Below are positions 59,479-64,000 of a stretch of 64,000 bases of DNA, in pieces. The stretch spans positions 15,872,001 to 15,936,000 of the forward strand of contig OZ024741.1 of NCBI GenBank assembly GCA_964016885.1. The letters are read 5' to 3'. A model generated the notes under the pieces. The model did not search any database. It saw only the letters and a list, made by a program, of their open reading frames with translations, and was not told the DNA's origin. Made by a program: the position numbers and the translations under genes. The first letter of the stretch is position 1. Every line of letters begins with the position of its first letter. This DNA is from Eledone cirrhosa. Taxonomy: Eukaryota.

Positions 59479-60260
59479 AATGGCTGCAAACTCGTATTCG
59501 AGCATTGCCATCGCCTGATAAAATGCTCAAAAATGTGAGGCACGAATGTGGCTCTTTAAACCAAACAAAGACTTGCACCCTCTGGCACACACATGGCAAC
59601 TGTAGGCTCCCCTGAGACCTTCCATTGCTTTGTTCTGGCTGTGGGTTCTCGTGTGTCTTTTAAGACCTCCCATGCTTGTACATTCCTTGCCACATTCCTT
59701 ACATCTCAGATCATAATCTACATGAGGTCCACTGATATGACTTTGTTCGTGTCTAATCAAACCAGCTTTACTCAGCCAGACTCGACCACAGTGCTGGCAA
59801 ACCAGATGATGTTCAACAGCAGACAGTTCAGAACAGTCTCTTTTCCTCACCTTCCTTTTCAGTGTTAGGTATTCTCTTCGACGAGTTTCAAAGTGTTCAC
59901 CACCTGACTTGTTCAAACGTCTCCACTTCACAGGCTCGTCAGCCATTTTCTCCCATTCGTCAGATGAAATTCCAGCACAAGCCAAGGTGCCTCTGATACA
60001 GTCCCGGTACCGCCTTTTTGGTTTATGTGGTGGTCGCCTTCCTTCACACAGTTCTCCATAGAGTCGTTGCTTTGGAATACGATCATCAGACATCCGGACC
60101 ACGTGACTGCACCACCTCAACCGATACCAAAAGATCATGCTCAGTATAGTCACGCACCTGCTCCGTTCTAGAACTTCCAAATCACTGGCGAACATTTTCC
60201 ATTGCACCCCATGTAACTTATGAAGAGATTGTTGGTGAAACCTCTCCAGTTCCTTGAGGT
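59479..60260 (-). mobile_element. RTE (BovB-like) 3' part with three C2H2 fingers
   Basis: RLRWCSHVVRMSDDRIPKQRLYGEL..KPKRRYRD followed by three CxxC..H..H repeats. Confidence 0.9.
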
Positions 60261-60542
60261 ACATACATGATGATGATGACTGCCCCCTCGTTATCGAGTA
60301 TGGCCATTGGACAATAAAATAAAAAAATAAACACCCACGCACATACACATATACATATATATACAAATGTAACCTGAGTTTTTCGAATATCAATAACAAT
60401 ATTAGATTCGTTTGCAATGATGCAAACAGCCTCCTTTATAAGCCATGTCAGTAGAATGAGCCCCTCATTCTCGCTCTTGTGTTGGCATGCAAACAAAACA
60501 CACACATATATACGCACATATATATATACATACATACATACA

Positions 60543-62035
60543 TGATGATGGCTGCCCCCGCGTTATCGAGTATGGCCATTGCACGAGAAAAAAAACATAA
60601 TAATAACAATAATAATAATAATAACAACAATAATAATAACGACAACAACAACAATAATAATATACATATACATATATATACACACACACACGCACACACA
60701 TAAACATATCTATACACACACACACACACGATAGCAATTAACAGCGCTGCGATCGAATGTGGCTTTTTAGCCCAGCCAATGATCTAAAATGTCTTGCACA
60801 GAGTCGGCAACCAAAACATTCACTGGGAATAGTCGGCTGTGGTTGGAGTTCATGTACTTTTGCATGTCGCTTGAGCCCTCCTGCTGATTTACATTCTCTA
60901 CCACATGTTTGGCAACCATGATGAGTAGCATCTCCAACAGCAGCCTAGTAGTCAACCACTGGTCTTACTTTATGACTGCGAAGATGACTTTCGAGTCCAG
61001 CTTTGCTTAGGCAGAGTCTCGCACATACGCTGCATGTCAGCACCATAGGAGGACCCTCGCCGTCTGGAAGTGCAACAGCAATGCCCTTCCTCACATCCCG
61101 CTTTACTTTCTCGTATGCGATTCGAGATGCCTCAAAGGCAACTTTTCCCTCATATACAGTCTTTCTCCACTTATTACGACCAGCAGCAATATTTTCCCAT
61201 GTATCAGCAGAGATGTTAGCGTCTTTCAGAGAGGCTTTCAAGGAATCCTTATACCTCTTTTTTGGTTTATGTGGCGGTCGTTTTCCTTTAACCAACTCTC
61301 TATAAAGAGTTGTTTTGGTATTCTAGAATCCTTCATCCTGGCAAGGTGACCACTCCAACGGAGTCGTTGCTTAAGCACAAGAGCTTCTATACTGTCACAC
61401 ATAGAGCTTTCCAAAATCTCTACATCACTGATGTGGTCCCTCCAGTGAACGCCATGGATCCGTCTGAGACACATCTGATGGAAACGCTCCAATTGCTTAA
61501 GGTGGTGTCGATATGTGACCCAGGTCTCGCAGGCATAAAGAAGAGAAGAGAGCACACATGCCTTGTACACCTTTACCTTTGTTTTCTTGCATATGTCTCG
61601 TCGCCTTTCTAGCTTTCCGAAAGCATCACTTGCTTTCCTAATCCTGGGTGGGATTTCATTATCAAGGTTGCTGTATCGATTGACAGTGCTTCCCAGGTAG
61701 ACAAACTGATCAACCACTCCAAGTCGTTTGCCATACACATAGATGTTTGGTTCAGTGTACTGCTTACCAGTGGCAGGTTGGTACATGACGACGGTTTTCT
61801 TGAGACTGACAGTCAATCCTAGGGCAGTGCAAGCGTCAGAAAATGCATTCAAAATGTGCTGCATATCACACTCTGTGTGCGCTACAAGATGGCAATCATC
61901 TGCATACAAGAGGTCTCTTACGATTGATGTAAATACTTTTGTTTTTGCAACAAAGCGCCTGATGTTAAATATGCTGCCTGAGGTTCGATATCGGATGTAA
62001 ACACCATGCTCGCAATTCCTGAATGCAATATAGAA
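60543..62035 (-). mobile_element. RTE (BovB-like) 5'-truncated element with RT C-half and three C2H2 fingers
   Basis: GVYIRYRTSGSIFN, LLYADD, GLTVSLKKT, FVYLGS, LLYACETW, LRWSGHLARM. A frameshift at ~61300 and a stop at 60945. Confidence 0.92.
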
Positions 62036-62041
62036 AATACA

Positions 62042-62075
<34 letters not shown>

Positions 62076-62129
62076 CATACATACATACATACATACATAC
62101 ATACATACATACATACATACATACATACA

Positions 62130-62350
62130 CGATGGCTGCAACTCGATTTCGAGTTATGCCATCACTTGATTCTTAAGCATGAGCATCACGGTCGTGGCTT
62201 TTCAGTCTTGCTGTGGACTTGCCTATGGCCAGCAATGCCATGCATCACAAAAAATGTCACATATCAAGCGATGTCTGTGCTTGAAGCTTTTGTAAGTTAG
62301 GAAAGACTTTGCACGGGGCCAATCCCTCTCTCTGAACATCGAATGCATTT
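62130..62350 (-). mobile_element. Decayed 3' end of a third zinc-finger RTE subfamily
   Basis: Same terminal GATGGC..CTCG..CGAG..GCCATC hairpin before (TATG)n, and a KSTARLKSH remnant. Confidence 0.6.
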
Positions 62351-62870
62351 GCCTAAAAAGAAGAACTTTGTTTACGACTGGAACTCTTCACGAACTATGA
62401 ACATTTTTTCATAAAGTAACAGTTTTTCTTTAAATTTGTCCTTTCGCCTGACGAGAGAGGCCAGTATTCTAATGGCTTCTCTACTATACAGTGATGGCCA
62501 TAACTGGACCCCGAGATCTAAGGTCAAGCATACATGAATAACATTTTTTATTTTTTCTTAGTTGTATCGATCTAAATCTGTATTATAATTTTCTCCCGAT
62601 AATTTGGTTTGATCGGTTGACTTGCTTTGGTTAGCGAGGTGTTTCTATTTATAGCACACACCACACCCCCACCCCTACCCCCGCCAAACTACCCTAATAG
62701 CCAGTCTTGTCCGTCTTGCTGTAAAATCGTTAGTTGTTCCTCTAGCCGAACACGAAGACATAGCCAGCCTGCCTTTGCCTCTCTCTCCCTCTAGTGATGA
62801 CATGTCGGCTATACTTAGGACGGCCTGCTGATGGAACCCTCAGTCCTAATTTGATGATTATCAATTTCAA

Positions 62871-63055
62871 TCACCACCATATGCGCTGAGCTGGCCAACC
62901 GCAGGTGTGAGCCTCACGAACTGGAATGGCTTTTCCAGCGCATCTCCCCTGCCGTCCTCCTGGGAAACGCCTTCTCCATTCTGTCCACCGGGGCTGTGGG
63001 GAGGCCACCAATATGATTGACTAATTTGTCATTTTATCAGTCAGATGTTTTTAGA
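62871..63055 (+). mobile_element. 3' fragment of an RLE non-LTR element, CRE-like
   Basis: Hand translation ELEWLFQRISPAVLLGNAFSIL resembles the FQRxSxAxxRGNA C-terminal motif of CRE-clade elements. Confidence 0.6.
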
Positions 63056-63157
63056 CATCACCCAGTTAAATATGATTCATTCTAGCTGACCAAGAATAGA
63101 TAACAGTTAAAAATCATAGTTTGTTGTTATTTTACATACAGTTATTTCTTAATGTGA

Positions 63158-63275
63158 AGGCGTGTGGCTGAGTGGTTAGAGAATTGGATTCGCAATCTTG
63201 AGGTTGTCAGTTGGATTCCTGGACCGGGCTATGCGTTATGTCCTGGAGCAATACACTTTATTTCACGTTGCTCCT
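63158..63275 (+). mobile_element. tRNA-derived SINE (family B)
   Basis: ggcgtgtggctgagtggttagag..gttggattcctggaccggg..cactttatttcacgttgctcc. Confidence 0.8.
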
Positions 63276-63812
63276 TCTACCTGGAGTTGCGACCGATAGA
63301 TAGTACTAGCAACTGGAAAGACTAACGGAAACTTTGTTTCCTAGGTCCGATTTGACGAAAGTCGATCGATTTCTTAATGTTACTGGCAAAGTTGTTCTTC
63401 GTCTTCTCTTATCTGATTTAAATATATATAAAAAAAAGTTATTTAGTCCAAAGAAGTATTTAAGTGTTAATAAAATTTGTAATTAGCAAGTTTTTCACGA
63501 GTCGAAACCGTTATGATCCAGGCGCTGAAATATAAGTTTTTTAACTTTATCTTTGTTAAAATGTTAAACATCTTAGATTTCTTTGGTGATTATCTTAACA
63601 TGTTCTATTCGGGTATTGTTGATCCATAGCTTTATCGTTTATGAGTATGTTCTGATACAGGTATGTTTCACACCTGTTATCACCGAGCAGTTCTGTAACA
63701 AGATAGAAATAAAAATGAAACCTAAAATTCTACTTCGGTATTCAGTACTCCTTTCTCTCAGCTGTCAACCACATATATATATATATATATATGTGTGTGT
63801 GGGAGGGGGGTG

Positions 63813-63862
<50 letters not shown>

Positions 63863-64000
63863 ACATATTTACATATTATATAATATATATATAACAAAGA
63901 AGGCGTGGTAAGATACCAGGTGGACCAAAACGCACCAGAGTACTCAATACCTAGGATAGTAGAGTGGGTAATAGTAAAAGAATCAGGACCCCGACGGCTG

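Overview
AT-rich, microsatellite-saturated animal genomic DNA. The SINE families and repeat landscape suggest an octopus or other cephalopod (inference). No host protein-coding gene is supportable, and almost all track ORFs are translations of simple repeats. The window is a retroelement landscape sorted by microsatellite type. (1) (TA)n tracts hold a 5'-truncated GIY-YIG Penelope-like element (PLE, 32723-36022) with inverted terminal copies, plus about a dozen short palindromic inserts. Many of these carry recognisable type I hammerhead ribozyme (HHR) cores with covarying stems. (2) (TAGA)n tracts hold a near full-length L1/Tx1 element and a 3' fragment of the same family. (3) (CATA)n tracts hold an R4/Dong-like RLE element and a head-to-tail stack of RTE elements with three C-terminal C2H2 fingers and a conserved 3' stem-loop. 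Also present: RTE-type LINE copies (one with a twin-priming 5' inversion), CRE-like fragments, many tRNA-derived SINEs, a 5S rRNA copy fused to a retroposon tail, a 5.1 kb 42-bp satellite and a 200-N gap. All calls were read by eye; no database searches were run.
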